Part shown: piece after piece, positions 40,726 through 52,939 of the stretch
Position numbering within the stretch: position 1 is the stretch's first letter
Layout of the letters: the number at the start of each line of letters is the position of its first letter
Assembly (NCBI GenBank): GCA_963667465.2
Contig: CAXXDN010000002.1
Span: 544,001 to 608,000 of the forward strand
Reading direction: 5' to 3'
From: Dehalococcoidia bacterium
GTDB lineage: Bacteria > Chloroflexota > Dehalococcoidia > UBA2979
DNA length: 64,000 bases
The notes under the pieces: generated by a model
Database searches by the model: none
The model's input: the letters and a program-made list of their open reading frames with translations, nothing else
What the model was told of the DNA's origin: nothing
Translations under genes and position numbers: made by a program

Positions 40726-41139
40726 ATGATCCCGCAGCCGGCACGACGTGGCGTGGCGCTCTACCTGGCCGCCACGGCGATCGCCGTGGCCCTGCTCCTG
40801 ATGCTGACGCCGATCTTCCACGATGGCTCGCCCGACTATCCCGCCTGGAAGGTGCTGAACTGGTTCATGGCCGCGGGCGTGGTTGTGATCATGGTTGCCG
40901 CCGTCAGCAGCTACCGCGCGTTCGGCGACGACGACCGCAACACGGTCGGCTACCTGCGCTCCCGGCTCGGGTCCTACGGAGCGGTGGTGCTGGCGATGCT
41001 GTTCTTCTGGGGCTGGTTGTGGACCCTTAACCCGGAGAGCGAGACGGGAGGGGCCGTGACCTCGCACCTCGTCTACTTCCCCGTCATGGACGCCCTCTAC
41101 GTCGTCCTCGCGCTCAGCACCGCGCGCCGCCTCTGGTGA
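40726..41139 (+). CDS. Small four-TM hypothetical protein
   Basis: Four hydrophobic segments and genome-typical codon usage. Confidence 0.7.
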   Translation: MIPQPARRGVALYLAATAIAVALLLMLTPIFHDGSPDYPAWKVLNWFMAAGVVVIMVAAVSSYRAFGDDDRNTVGYLRSRLGSYGAVVLAMLFFWGWLWTLNPESETGGAVTSHLVYFPVMDALYVVLALSTARRLW

Positions 41140-41295
41140 GGCGTAGCGGACTCCAGCCCGCAATCGAGGAGGGCGCGAGCGCCCGAGGATCCAGAGTGCG
41201 CCGTCAGCCGCTACGAGGGAGCCGCTACGAGGGAGTCGAGTTCGTGGAGCAGTCGACCAGGCCCTTCGACTTCGCCCGGTGAGGGGCCAATCAGA

Positions 41296-42558
41296 GTGAG
41301 CGCAAGGAACCCCCGTGGCTGGGCGATCGCGGCGGTGCTTGCGCTCGCGGCCGTCGCGGCGCTGGGTCCTGCACCCCGCCTGGTGGCGGCGCAGGAGGGC
41401 GCGGACTCCGCCGGCGAGGCGCGCGTCGTCGCGCGGCTGCTCTCCGACGGCCGCCTCGAGGTCGCGCTGCAGGCCCGCACGGGCGCCGGAGGCTGGAGCG
41501 AGCGGATCGCGCCCGGCAGGCGCTTCCTGCCCGCCGCCACCGAGCCCGGCCGCTGGCTCTGGACGGCGCCGGAGCAGCTCGGCAACCTCGAGTGGCGCGT
41601 CAACGCCCGCAGGCTTTCCGGCGGCGGCTTCGAGGTCGCGCTGCAGGCGCGCACCGGCGCGTACGGCGCCTGGGGCGAGCGCCTGCTGCCGGAGCGCCGC
41701 TTCCTCCCCGCCAACCTCGAACCCGGACCCTGGCTTTTTTCGTCGCCTGTCGTACCCGGACCCAGGCTTGTTTCGGCGCCTGTCGAGCCCGTTCTTGTGC
41801 AACCCCAGATCGTCACCTTCTACGGACACCCCGACGTGCGGGCGATGGGCGTGCTCGGCCACGGCACACCCGCCGAGGTGGCGCTTGAGGTCGCCGCCTG
41901 GGCGGAGCGCTACGACGAGCTCAACGGCCCCCGCTCGGCCGTCGGGGCCTACCACCTGATCGTGGGCGTCGCCCAGACCTGGCCGACCCCCGAGGGCGAC
42001 TGGCTCGGCCATCTCGACCACGAGCGCATCGCCCGCTACGTCGAGGCCGCGCGCGAGCATGGCCTGCTGCTCTTCCTCGACACGCAGATCGGCTGGAGCG
42101 ACCCGCTGTCCGAGGTGCGACTGCTGGAGCCCTTCCTCAGGGAACCCTTCGTGCACGTTGCCATCGACCCGGAGTTCGCGACCGAGCACCGGGGCGTTGC
42201 ACCGGGGCTCGTCATCGGTTCGGTGAGCGCCACGCAGGTGAACGAGGTTCAGGCCTACCTCGCCGGGATCGTGCGCGAGGAGGGCCTGCCGCCCAAGATC
42301 CTGATGGTGCACCAGTTCACGGACTGGATGCTCACAGGACGCGAGGAGGTCGAGGACTATCCCAACGTCGAACTCTCGATCGACATGGACGGCTTCGGGC
42401 GCGCCCCCATCAAGGTCGACGGCTACGAGCGCTGGGCGCTGACCGCCCCCTCGGAGCGCCCCGCCTTCAAGCTGTTCTTCGATCTGGACACCCCGGTCAT
42501 GACTCCGCAGGAGGTGCAGGACCTCGATCACCCGCCCGATATCATCATCTACCAGTAG
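41296..42558 (+). CDS. Secreted protein with two N-terminal ~55-aa repeats and a C-terminal TIM-barrel/glycoside-hydrolase-like domain
   Basis: Signal peptide ending AAQE. Repeats ARLLSDGRLEVALQ / ARRLSGGGFEVALQ. C-domain has FYGHP...MGVLG, LFLD.Q.G, VH.AIDPEF, MVHQF, DMDGFG, FKLF. Confidence 0.75.
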   Translation: MSARNPRGWAIAAVLALAAVAALGPAPRLVAAQEGADSAGEARVVARLLSDGRLEVALQARTGAGGWSERIAPGRRFLPAATEPGRWLWTAPEQLGNLEWRVNARRLSGGGFEVALQARTGAYGAWGERLLPERRFLPANLEPGPWLFSSPVVPGPRLVSAPVEPVLVQPQIVTFYGHPDVRAMGVLGHGTPAEVALEVAAWAERYDELNGPRSAVGAYHLIVGVAQTWPTPEGDWLGHLDHERIARYVEAAREHGLLLFLDTQIGWSDPLSEVRLLEPFLREPFVHVAIDPEFATEHRGVAPGLVIGSVSATQVNEVQAYLAGIVREEGLPPKILMVHQFTDWMLTGREEVEDYPNVELSIDMDGFGRAPIKVDGYERWALTAPSERPAFKLFFDLDTPVMTPQEVQDLDHPPDIIIYQ

Positions 42559-42622
42559 GCGACCGTAGCGGCTCGACTCCCGGGTGAGTCTCCGCTTCCG
42601 TCCCGGAACCCTGCGCCGGCCC

Positions 42623-43384
42623 CTACTCGAACGTCGCGGCGTCCGCTCCGAGCCATTTGCGGATGAGCGCGTTGAGGGCGCCGTCGGCCTTCATCGAGTC
42701 GAGCGCCTCGTTGAACCTGCCCAGCAGGTCGCTGCCCGTGCGCACGCCGATGCCGAGGCCTTGGTCGAGCCGCAGCGACGGACCCACGGCATCGAGGCGC
42801 CCCGCGTGCTCGGCGAGCTTCGCGACCCCGTAGCCATGATCGACGAGCACGGCGTCGACATCCCCGTTCAGCACGGCGGTTGCGGCGTCGGCTCCTCCGT
42901 CGAGCGGCACGAAGGCGATGCCCTGCTCCGTCAGGTAGTCGGAGAAGATGGTGTTGGCCGCGACGCCGATCGCACCCTCGACCGCCTCGTCACCCGCACC
43001 TGCTCGCGCCAGGTACATGGAGGGTCGCGGCGGATAGTAGGGGCCCGCGAAGTCGATCAGCCCGTCACGCTCGGCAGTGATGCTCATACCGGCGATGATG
43101 ACGTCGAACTGCTCCGTGACGAGGTCGGGGATGAGCGTCTCCCAGTCGTGCAGGATCCACTCGCACTCCAGTGCGGCGCGCCGGCACAGCTCGTCGCCCA
43201 GCTCGCGCTCGAGGCCGTCGATCTCGCCCTCGTCGTTGATGAAGTCGAAGGGGTGATAGTCCCCCACGGTGGCGATCACGACCGGGTCGTTCCCGCCGCA
43301 GGACGCGAGCAGCGGCAGGAACGCTACGGCGATGAGCAGGGTGGCGAGCGGGCGCATCCGGCCTTTGATGAAGGTCTGCGACAT
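42623..43384 (-). CDS. Polar amino-acid ABC substrate-binding lipoprotein (orphan)
   Basis: Lipobox LASC, Y.PF, W..LIP.L....FDVIIAGMSITAER...IDF..PY, FNEAL..MKADG. Confidence 0.9.
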   Translation of the reverse strand: MSQTFIKGRMRPLATLLIAVAFLPLLASCGGNDPVVIATVGDYHPFDFINDEGEIDGLERELGDELCRRAALECEWILHDWETLIPDLVTEQFDVIIAGMSITAERDGLIDFAGPYYPPRPSMYLARAGAGDEAVEGAIGVAANTIFSDYLTEQGIAFVPLDGGADAATAVLNGDVDAVLVDHGYGVAKLAEHAGRLDAVGPSLRLDQGLGIGVRTGSDLLGRFNEALDSMKADGALNALIRKWLGADAATFE

Positions 43385-43904
43385 CTCGTACCTCCGCAGT
43401 CTCGGCAGCAAATGGTAGCGTCCTCTGCGGCCCTGTCCAACCACAGCGCCACTCCGCAAGAGTCGGCGCCGCGCGCTTCACGGTCGGCGTGCAATCCGCG
43501 TGCAGATCCCTGCAGCCCGGCGAGCGCGTTCTGAGCACGGAGCGACTTGAGGCGATCGACGCGCTCACCCTCACCCTCACCCTCGCCGCACACCCGGCCC
43601 TCGCCGATGTCCGTCCCTGAGGCGAACCCGGTGCGCGGTGCGGGCCCAGTTTGATTCGGCGCGGGAGCGAAGGGGGTGACCGTACCGCTTGTCACTCACG
43701 AATGGCCACGTCTCCATGAGTTCGCCGTCCTTTGGGAAAGCGGTGATGTGACGACGCGGATGCTGCCACCGCCAAGCAGTTGACGTTCAAGCCACGGTGT
43801 GCAACCATCGTCCTTCACGCTTTCATCCCCGCCGTCCTTTCTCGTACCCTTCTCGTTCTCGTACCCTTCTCGTTCCTTGCTCTTGTCTTCTGCTTGGGGA
43901 TGAA

Positions 43905-46900
43905 TTGCCTGGCAGGAGGGCGACTGGTGTTCGCGTGCTAGCGGCTGGTACCGTTGGTCGATCATCTGGATCATCCCCCGTGGTGACCCTGGTTGTCGCG
44001 CTGGGCGCGCTGGTGGCGATCGCCCTGCTCTCGTCGGGGGCCGCAGCGAGCACCCCACCGCCCGGTCCATGCGAGGACGGCTACGTGGCGCCTACGCCGA
44101 CCACCGTGTCGGTGACCAGCATGCCCATCACGGTCAACTCGACGACCGCGGACTATTTCGTGCTCTACGCCCGAGCGGGCAGCCCGCCCTACACGACCAA
44201 GGGGCTGCCGATCCTCGTCAAGCGAGGCGAAGCCGGCACGACAACCCTTGCCGACAACCTCGAACCGCTGCCCGTCACCCGCTACCGCCTCGAGAAATAC
44301 TCGGTCGCGCAGCCCGGAGACCTCGACGGCGACTGCGTTGACGACGTCACGGAGCTGTCGGACCTGGGGACATACAACCCCATCAACTCAGGGAAGAAGA
44401 TCGCCTTCAGCAATGGCGTGGTGTCCATTGACTCGCGCGAGACGTTCCGCGATCTGTCCTTCAAGGGGGATACGGGCGTCAGAGGCCTGGAATACCTTGA
44501 TGGGCTGGAGTTCGTCAAGTTCGCCATTCGGGATTTCCACTCCGTCACCCCGGCCACATACTTCATCAATTCAAACACTCACAAGGTCCACGCCAACTTC
44601 GACGCAGCCATCGGGATCTCTGTCAGCAAGCCTACAGACATTGGTAACGGCACTATCGTCTATTACCCAAACATAGTCGCACTGGACGGGTCACTCGGAG
44701 TGTATGCCTTCCGCTTTGACCGGTGGGGTATCGCGGGAATCTCAAGCATCGAGAAGTACTACGAACTGCTCGCTGCTGGTATGCCTTTCGTGTCCAATGA
44801 TAAACTCTATTATCACCCGTTCACAAAGAGTCAAGTGGACCTGTACGCAAAGGAAAAGGCTCAGTACGACAGCTCCCGGGTCAACGTCCTGTTGGATGAA
44901 GACGTACTCCCGGATGTGTCCTTTATCCCGCACAACCAGGGGCAAGGGTACGGACGCCTGCGGCTGATGGAGGACGATGAGCGGCCCAGCCCCTTCGACG
45001 TCGCTATCTACAAGTCCCTGCCCAACGACCTCCCTCGCGTGGCCGGAACCATCACCACCGTGCCGCAAACGCCACTGTCCCATGTCAACTTGCGCGCCAT
45101 CCAGAACGGCCTCCCCAATGCGTTCATTCGCGATGTGCTGGAGGACAGCACCATCAAGTCGCTGATCGGCAGCTATGTCTACTTTGCCGTCGGCGCCGAC
45201 GGCTACACGATCCGCGCGGCGTCCAAGGCAGATGTCGACGCGCATTTCGCAGCGATCCGCCCGCAGCAAACCCAGACCCTCCAGCGCGACTTGACGGTCA
45301 CCTCGATCGCCTCGCTGGCCAACGTGAGCTTTGCCGACTGGAACGCCTACGGCGTCAAGGCGGCCAACGTGGCCGAGTTGACCAAGCTGTCCCTGCCCAC
45401 CGGCACCACCCCCGTAGGGTACGCCGTGCCCTTCTACTTCTACGACGAGTTCATGAAGCAGGCGACGCTCGGCAAGGCAACGATCCTCGGCAAGAAGAAG
45501 GCTCCGGCTGCGGAGAAGATCACCCTCACGGCCGAAACAACGCTCGCCCAGGCGGTCACCGCGATGCTGGCCCACTCGTACTTCCAGTCGGATGCCGAGA
45601 TCCAGGAAGAGATGCTGGACGACCTGCGCAAGGCGATCAAGAACGCGACGTCGCCGCAATGGATCATCACCGCGCTGACAACGCTGCACGCCAACTACCC
45701 CGATGGCCAGTCCCTGCGCTACCGATCCAGCACCAACAACGAGGACCTGCCATCCTTCAACGGGGCCGGCCTCTACGACTCCAAGACACAGGACCCGGAC
45801 GAGACCACCGCAGATGGCATCGACAAATCCATCAAGGCGGTGTGGGCCAGCCTCTGGAACTACCGGGCCTTCCTCGAGCGGGACTTCCATCGAGTGGACC
45901 ACAGCACCGTCGCGATGGGCGTGCTGGTGCACCCGAACTACTCAGACGAACTGGTCAACGGCGTCGCCGTCAGCTATGACCCGATCACCTTCCAGGCCAA
46001 CACCCACTACATCAACTCGCAGGTCGGCGAAGACCTGGTCACCAATCCGGAGGCGTACTCCCAGCCCGAGCAGTTGCTGCTGGCAGCCGGTGGAGCCGCG
46101 ACGGTGCTGTCACGCTCCAGCCTGGCGAAGTCAGATAAGCTGCTGATGAGCGCTGCCCAGATGACGCAACTGCGCAGTAACCTCGACACTATTCACACTC
46201 GGTTCCGGACGCTCTACCAGGTGCAGGATGGCGATGACTTCGCCATCGAGATTGAGTTCAAGATCACGGCGGCCAACACGCTCGCCATCAAGCAGGCGCG
46301 TCCGTGGATCTTCCCGGAGCCGCTTGTGCTGCCGGATCCGGAGGTCTCTATCGCCCTCGGTGCGGCTCAGGTCGCCGAGGACGATGAGCTGGATCTCACC
46401 GTGACTCGCAGCGGCGGCATCCTGTCGACCCCGGTACTGGTTGACCTGGCCTGGAGCGAGACCGGGGCGATGCTGCAGAGCAGCAAGCCCGCCTCCGTGA
46501 CGATCCCGGGCAACCAGACGAGCGCCACCGTCGCCGTGCCGATCGCCGACGACCAGAACGACGAACACGACAGCGTCGTGACTGTCAGCGTCAGCGCCAG
46601 GAGCGGCTACACCGTCGGGACCTCGGGCTCAGCCTCCGCCACCATCACCGACAACGATCAAACGAAGATCAGGGTGCACGCCGATGCCGGCAAGGTCACC
46701 GAGGGATCGTCGGTCGGCTTCACGTTCACGCGCTCCGGCACTGTTCTGGAGCAACCACTCACGGTGAGCGTCACGGTCACCGAGTCGGGCAGCCGGCTCC
46801 AGGGCGCCGCGCCGACCACGGTCACCTTCGCAGCCAACAGCCCTTCCGCGACCATGTCACTCCCGACCCTCAATGATTCGGTCCGCACAGACCAGAGCGT

Positions 46901-49900
46901 CGTGAAGGTCCAGATCGGCGCCGGCAGCGATTACGACGTCCATGGGACGGGGAAAGCCTCCACCACCATCGAGGACGACGAACTCCCGCCACCCACGCTG
47001 CTGATTGACTTCAACCACGCAGTGGCAGAGCGAGAGACCTACATACTGCCAATCAACGCCCGTGGTGCCAGGGGCAACTTGAGCATGTCCGTGAGCGGGC
47101 CTGATGCTCGTCACTTCAAGGACTACACTTTTGCGCGCATGATTGTGATGGATGCACCGCAGTACGACGATCCCATCGACGCGAACAAGGATGGCGTGTA
47201 CGAGATCGATCTCACCGCATCGTCCAGCCTCGGTGGAACCATCACGGCACGCCTGCGGTTCACGGTGGTCAACGGCGAGTTGCGCGCCCTCGCGCAACAG
47301 CAGTGGGATCAGCTCAGCCAGGAGGAGCGCGCAACGCTTCTGCCGGAGGTGGGTAGCGACCAGCTCGAGCCGGCATTCGCGAGTCTCACCGACGACGTGC
47401 GGGCCAGCGTGCTGCGGCTCTCCCGCCAGCAGCAACTCCCCTCCCCCGGCCCCACGATCAGCATCGCCGCAGGCAGCGACGTCATCGAGGGCAGCGACGC
47501 GACGTTCACCATCACCGCCACTCCCCCGCCCGCGGCTCCCCTGTCGGTCAGCGTCACGGTGTCCCAGAGCGGCGAGTTCGCCGCATCCACCGTCCAGCAG
47601 ACTGTGACCATCCCGACCGGTGGGAGCTACACGCTCACTGTCCCCACCATCGGCGACAACACCGACGAGCCCGACGGCTCCGTCACCGCAACCGTGGACC
47701 AGGGCACCGGTTACGTCGTCTCGTGGACGGCGGGCGCGGCAACCGTGGCGGTGTCCGATGATGACGACCCATCGGCCACGCAACCCGAGATCAGCATCGC
47801 CGCAGGCAGCGACGTCACCGAGGGCAGCGCCGCCACGTTCACCATCACCGCGTCCCCGACGCCCGCAGCCGAGCTCGATGTGACGATCGAGGTGTCCCAG
47901 AGCGGCGACTACGCCGCGACCGGTTCGCAGACGGTGACGATCCCCACCTCCGGCACCTACACGCTCACCGTCGCTACCACCAACGACAGCGCCGACGAGC
48001 CCGATGGCTCGGTGACCGCGACGGTGAGCGACGGCACCGGCTACACCGTCTCGTCATCGAACGGCGCCGCGACGGTGGCCGTGGCTGACGACGACGTGCC
48101 AGAGATCAGCATCGCCGCAGGCAGTGGCGTCACCGAAGGCAGCGCCGCCACGTTCACCATCACCGCGTCCCCGCCGCCCACCGCCGGCCTCGATGTCAGC
48201 GTCACCATCTCGCAGAGCGGCGACTACGCCGCGACCGGTTCGCAGACGGTGACGATCCCCACCTCCGGCACCTACACGCTCACCGTCGCTACCACCAACG
48301 ACAGCGCCGACGAGCCTGACGGCTCTGTGACCGCGACGGTGAGCGACGGCACCGGCTACACCGTCTCGACCTCGAACGGCGCCGCGACGGTGGCCGTGGC
48401 TGACGACGATGATCCGCTGCCGGCCACCCCGGAGATCAGCATCGCCGCAGGCAGCGGCGTCACCGAAGGCAGCGCCGCCACGTTCACCATCACCGCGTCC
48501 CCGCCGCCCACCGCCGACCTCGACGTGACGATCGAGGTGACGCAGAGCGGCGACTACGCCTCGACAGGCTCGCAGACGGTGACGATCCCGACCTCCGGCA
48601 CCTACACGCTCACCGTTGCCACCACCAACGACAGTGCTGACGAGCCCGACGGCTCGGTGACCGCGACGGTCGACACGGGGACCGGCTACACCGTCTCGAC
48701 CTCGAGCCGCGCGGCGACGGTGGCCGTCTCCGACGACGACGACCCGCCGCCGGCCACACCTGAGATCGGCATCGCCGCAGGCTCCGGCGTCACCGAGGGC
48801 TCAGACGCGACGTTCACCATCACCGCCACGCCTCCACCAGCGACTGACCTCGATGTGACCGTCACCGTCTCGCAGAGCGGCGACTACGCCTCGACAGGCT
48901 CGCAGACGGTGACGATCCCCACCTCCGGCACCTACACGCTCACCGTTGCCACCACCAACGACAGCGCCGACGAGCCCGATGGCTCGGTGACCGCGACGGT
49001 GAGCGACGGCACCGGCTACACCATCTCGTCCTCGAACGGCGCCGCAACGGTGGCCGTCGCCGACGACGATCCGACTCCGACCCCTGATTGCACCCTGCCC
49101 GATGACGCCATCACCGTGGCCGAGGTGACCGGCTGGCGGGACGAGTACAGCGCAGCTACGCATCAATCACGCTGGAACCGGGTGCTGGAGGCGCTGGGTG
49201 AGGACACTGGCAGCGGCGAGTCGCCAATGACCGCAGCGCAGGCCCGGGACATCAAGAGCCAGATCGACAACTCCAGGTGGGACCGTACCGTGCGCACCCT
49301 GGAGGCTATGGACCAGTGCGATGCGCCGCCGGCCACGCCAGAGATCAGCATCGCCGCCGGCAGCGGCGTCACGGAGGGCGGCGACGCCACGTTCACCGTC
49401 ACCGCCACCCCAGCCCCCGCGGCCGGCCTCGACGTGACGATCGACGTGTCACAGAGCGGCAGCTTCGCCTCGACAGGCTCGCGCACGGTCACCATCTCGA
49501 CGACGGGTAGCGCCACGTTCACTGTCGCCACCACCAACGACAGCACCGACGAACCTGACGGCTCGGTGACCGCGACGATCGACACGGGCACCGGCTACAC
49601 CGTCTCGACCTCGAACGGCGCTGCGACCGTCGCCGTGGCCGACGACGACGACCCGCCGCCGGCCACCCCGGAGGTCAGCATCGCCGCAGGCTCAGGCGTC
49701 ACCGAGGGCGGCGCCGCCACGTTCACCATCACCGCGTCCCCGGCGCCCACCGCCGACCTCGACGTGACGATCGAGGTGTCGCAGAGCGGCAACTACGCCT
49801 CGACGGGTTCGCAGACGGTGACGATCCCGACCTCCGGTACCTACACGCTCACCGTCGCCACCACCAACGACAGCACCGACGAGCCTGACGGCTCTGTCAC

Positions 49901-51636
49901 CGCCACGGTGAGCGACGGCACCGGCTACACCGTCTCGACCTCGAACGGTGCGGCGACGGTGGCCGTGAGCGATGACGATGCGAGCGGCCAGGGACAGGTG
50001 CGGTCCCGGGAGATCATCGATGCGTGCGTCTCCGACAGCCTGCTGCAGTTGGTGCGCCGCTACTACGATGCCAACAAGCACCGGCCGCCAAACAACGGCC
50101 GCAACTGGAAGCGTGTGCTGATCGCGTTCGCCGACGTGGAGGACTCGCAGCTCACGCCATACACAGCGACCGAGGCCCTCGCCGGCGAGCAGCAGTGGTT
50201 TGGCTGGAAGCCGGTTCGAGAGGCGTTGGAATGCATCGAGGAGGCCCCAGCCCCGCCGCCGCCGGCCACCCCGGAGATCAGCATCGCCGCAGGCAGCGGC
50301 GTCACCGAGGGCTCAGACGCGACGTTCACCATCACCGCCACCCCAGCCCCCGCGGCTGGCCTCGACGTGACGATCGAGGTGACGCAGAGCGGCAACTTCG
50401 CCTCGACGGGGTCGCGCACCGTGACCATCACAACCAGCGGCAGCGCCACCTTCACCGTCGCCACCACCAACGACAGCGCCGACGAGCCCGACGGCTCGGT
50501 CACCGCGACGATCGACACGGGCACCGGCTACACCGTCTCGTCCTCGAACGGCGCCGCGACGGTGGCCGTCTCCGACGACGATGATCCGCCGCCGGCCACG
50601 CCGGAGATCAGCATCGCCGCAGGAAGCGGCATCACCGAGGGCGGCGCCGCCACGTTCACCATCACCGCGTCCCCGCCACCCGCGGCCAACCTCGACGTGA
50701 CGATCGAGGTGTCCCAGAGCGGCGACTACGCCTCGACAGGCTCGCGCACGGTCACCATCGCGACGACGGGCAGCGCCACCTTCACCGTCGCCACCACCAA
50801 CGACAGCGCCGACGAGCCCGACGGCTCGGTCACCGCCACGGTGAGTACGGGCACCGGCTACACCGTCTCGTCATCGAACGGCGCTGCGACGGTGGCCGTC
50901 TCCGACGACGATGATCCGCCGCCGGCCACGCCGGAGATCAGCATCGCCGCAGGAAGCGGCATCACCGAGGGCGGCGCCGCCACGTTCACCATCACCGCGT
51001 CCCCGCCGCCCGCTGCCAACCTCGACGTGACGATCGAGGTGACGCAGAGCGGCAACTTCGCCTCGACCGGCTCGCGCACGGTCACCATCTCGACGACGGG
51101 CAGCGCCACGTTCACCGTCGCCACCACCAACGACAGCGCCGACGAGCCCGACGGCTCGGTGACCGCGACGGTCGACACAGGCGCCGGCTACACCGTCTCG
51201 TCCTCGAACGGCGCGGCGACGGTGGCCGTGGCCGACGACGACGACCCGCCGCCGCCGCCGCCGTCGCGCCGTCGACCCGCCGCCGCCGCCGCCGTCGCGC
51301 CGTCCGCCGACAGTGCACGTGAGCGATGCGTCCGCCAGCGAGGGCTCGGAAGGCCTGCGCTTCGTGGTCACGCTCTCGCACGCGCATTCGCAGACCATCA
51401 CCTTCCGCTACGGCGGGTTCGACAGAACGGCCGCTGCGGGCCAGGACTTCACCCTCGAGTACAAGGCGTTCACCCTCGCTGCTGGCGCTACCAGCCTCGA
51501 GATCGTCGTGCCGGTCATCGATGACAGCACCGTGGAGGGGGATGAGACGCTCAACGTGTACGTATACGCGACGAGCGGCATCACCATCCCCGGCTACTTC
51601 GTCTACGCCGACGGGACCATCACCGACGACGACTGA
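43905..51636 (+). CDS. Giant secreted protein with a PEP/pyruvate-binding (PPDK-N-like) domain and Calx-beta repeats; frameshifted near the 3' end
   Basis: Hydrophobic signal region. YGVKAANVAEL, RYRSSTNNEDL..FNGAGLYDS, IKAVWASLWN.RA..ER, MGVLV, IEFK..KQARP. Then Calx-beta-like units ending DDD. The last domain (to TGA 51636) is out of frame because of a 31-nt duplication. Start uncertain (43905/43935/43980). Confidence 0.8.
47450..51245 (+). repeat. Ten near-identical ~330-nt Calx-beta-like coding repeats
   Basis: Each reads PEISIAAGSGVTEG..ATFTITA...TTNDS.DEPDGSVTATV..GTGYTVS..NGAATVAV.DDD. Confidence 0.92.
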
Positions 51637-51650
51637 CCGCTCACCGGCGG

Positions 51651-52019
51651 CAGGGCACGGGTTACACCGTCTCATCGAGCTCGAGCGCGGCGACGGTTGC
51701 CGTGTCGGACGATGCTGTGCCCGAACTGAGCATCGCCTCCGACGGCGATGTCACCGCAGGCGCCGCCGCCAGCGTCACCGTCACCGCCGGCCCGACGCCG
51801 CATTCCGCGCTGATCGTGAGCGTCACGGTGTCCGCAGCGGGAGCCTTTGGCGTCAGCGCCAGCTCGCAGAGCGTCACCATCCCGACGAATGGCTCCAAAG
51901 CCTTCGCGGTCAGCACGACCGGCGACGCGACCGACGAGCCCGACGGCTCGGTCACCGCGACGCTCGGCACGGCTGAGTCCCGGCCCATGACCACGCCGAG
52001 GCAACCACGCTCGGTGTAG
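51651..52019 (+). pseudogene. Orphan Calx-beta repeat fragment
   Basis: QGTGYTVSSSSSAATVAVSDDAVPELSIA...DEPDGSVTATL lies after the stop of the giant gene. It begins mid-repeat and is cut off near 51990 by the cassette leader. Confidence 0.75.
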
Positions 52020-52082
52020 ATTGATGGGAAGCACAGAGCGGACAGGCAGCATGCGAGCAATGCCCTGACGCACCTGCGAACG

Positions 52083-52928
52083 ATGGCGAGGCGGCTTGCG
52101 CTGGCGCAGCGCGCGTGGCTGCTCGCCGCGGTCAGCGTCCTCGTCTCGCTCGCCGTCGGCGGCGGCCTCTGGCTGAGCTTCGGCAGCGGCGGCGGCGCCG
52201 CTCACACCGTTGCCACGGTTGGGGAGAGCAGGCCACTCAGCCTGATCGTCGTCTCGGACGGCTCGCACGACTCGCTGCTCCTCGAATGGACCGGCGGCCC
52301 TGCGAACGCCACCAAGTGGCAATACCGGCAGCGACGCTGGGAGAACATGCAGCCGCTCGCTTGGGAGGCGTGGACGGATGTACCGGGCAGCGGCGCGGAC
52401 ACACGCAGCTACCGTCTCGGCGGACTGCGTTCCGGATCGCCGTATGACCACCAGGTGCGCGCGGTCAGTGGGTCGGTGAGCGGACCGCCGTCCCCCGTTG
52501 CCGAAACTGGTACGACGCACGAGCAGGGAGCCCTGCCGAGGGTGTTCTCCGATCAGATTGTTGAGGGAGACGGGCGCACGCGGTGGCGCATCGGCTATCT
52601 GAGCATCGCGATCACGATCCCGGACGGCGTGCGGCTCGTGGGCGGGGGTGCCTTCGTCTCTGTGCCCTGTGCGACGCCAACAGCTGCGCCGCCGGGATCG
52701 CAGGCCTCGATCCTGCCCGGATGTCCCGGGGGCGGAGCGGGGACGAGCCTCAAGGACTTCGCGACCGGCTCCATCCTGACGTTCTCGTATGAGGGCGTGG
52801 AGTTGAACCGCCACGTCGTGGAGCCGGTCACAGGTACCGGGGCGGCCGACACTCAGAGTAGTCTGGGGCGCAGCGTCCACGACCTCTTCGATCAGCTCAT
52901 CGACTCGGTCAAGGTGGTGCCGCAATAG
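52083..52928 (+). CDS. Secreted/anchored fibronectin type III-like protein, copy 1
   Basis: Signal/TM, then L.LEW.GGP...WQYRQR...SY.L.GL..GSPYD.QVRAV (FN3 pattern), and a C-domain starting VEGDGRTRW. Confidence 0.8.
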   Translation: MARRLALAQRAWLLAAVSVLVSLAVGGGLWLSFGSGGGAAHTVATVGESRPLSLIVVSDGSHDSLLLEWTGGPANATKWQYRQRRWENMQPLAWEAWTDVPGSGADTRSYRLGGLRSGSPYDHQVRAVSGSVSGPPSPVAETGTTHEQGALPRVFSDQIVEGDGRTRWRIGYLSIAITIPDGVRLVGGGAFVSVPCATPTAAPPGSQASILPGCPGGGAGTSLKDFATGSILTFSYEGVELNRHVVEPVTGTGAADTQSSLGRSVHDLFDQLIDSVKVVPQ

Positions 52929-52939
52929 CCAGGCTGCCG

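Noticed and set aside
40653-42575. Recurrent gtagcgg after genes as a GTAG-type REP family
   Set aside because: Mostly a TAG stop plus GC-rich context, with no consistent following hairpin.
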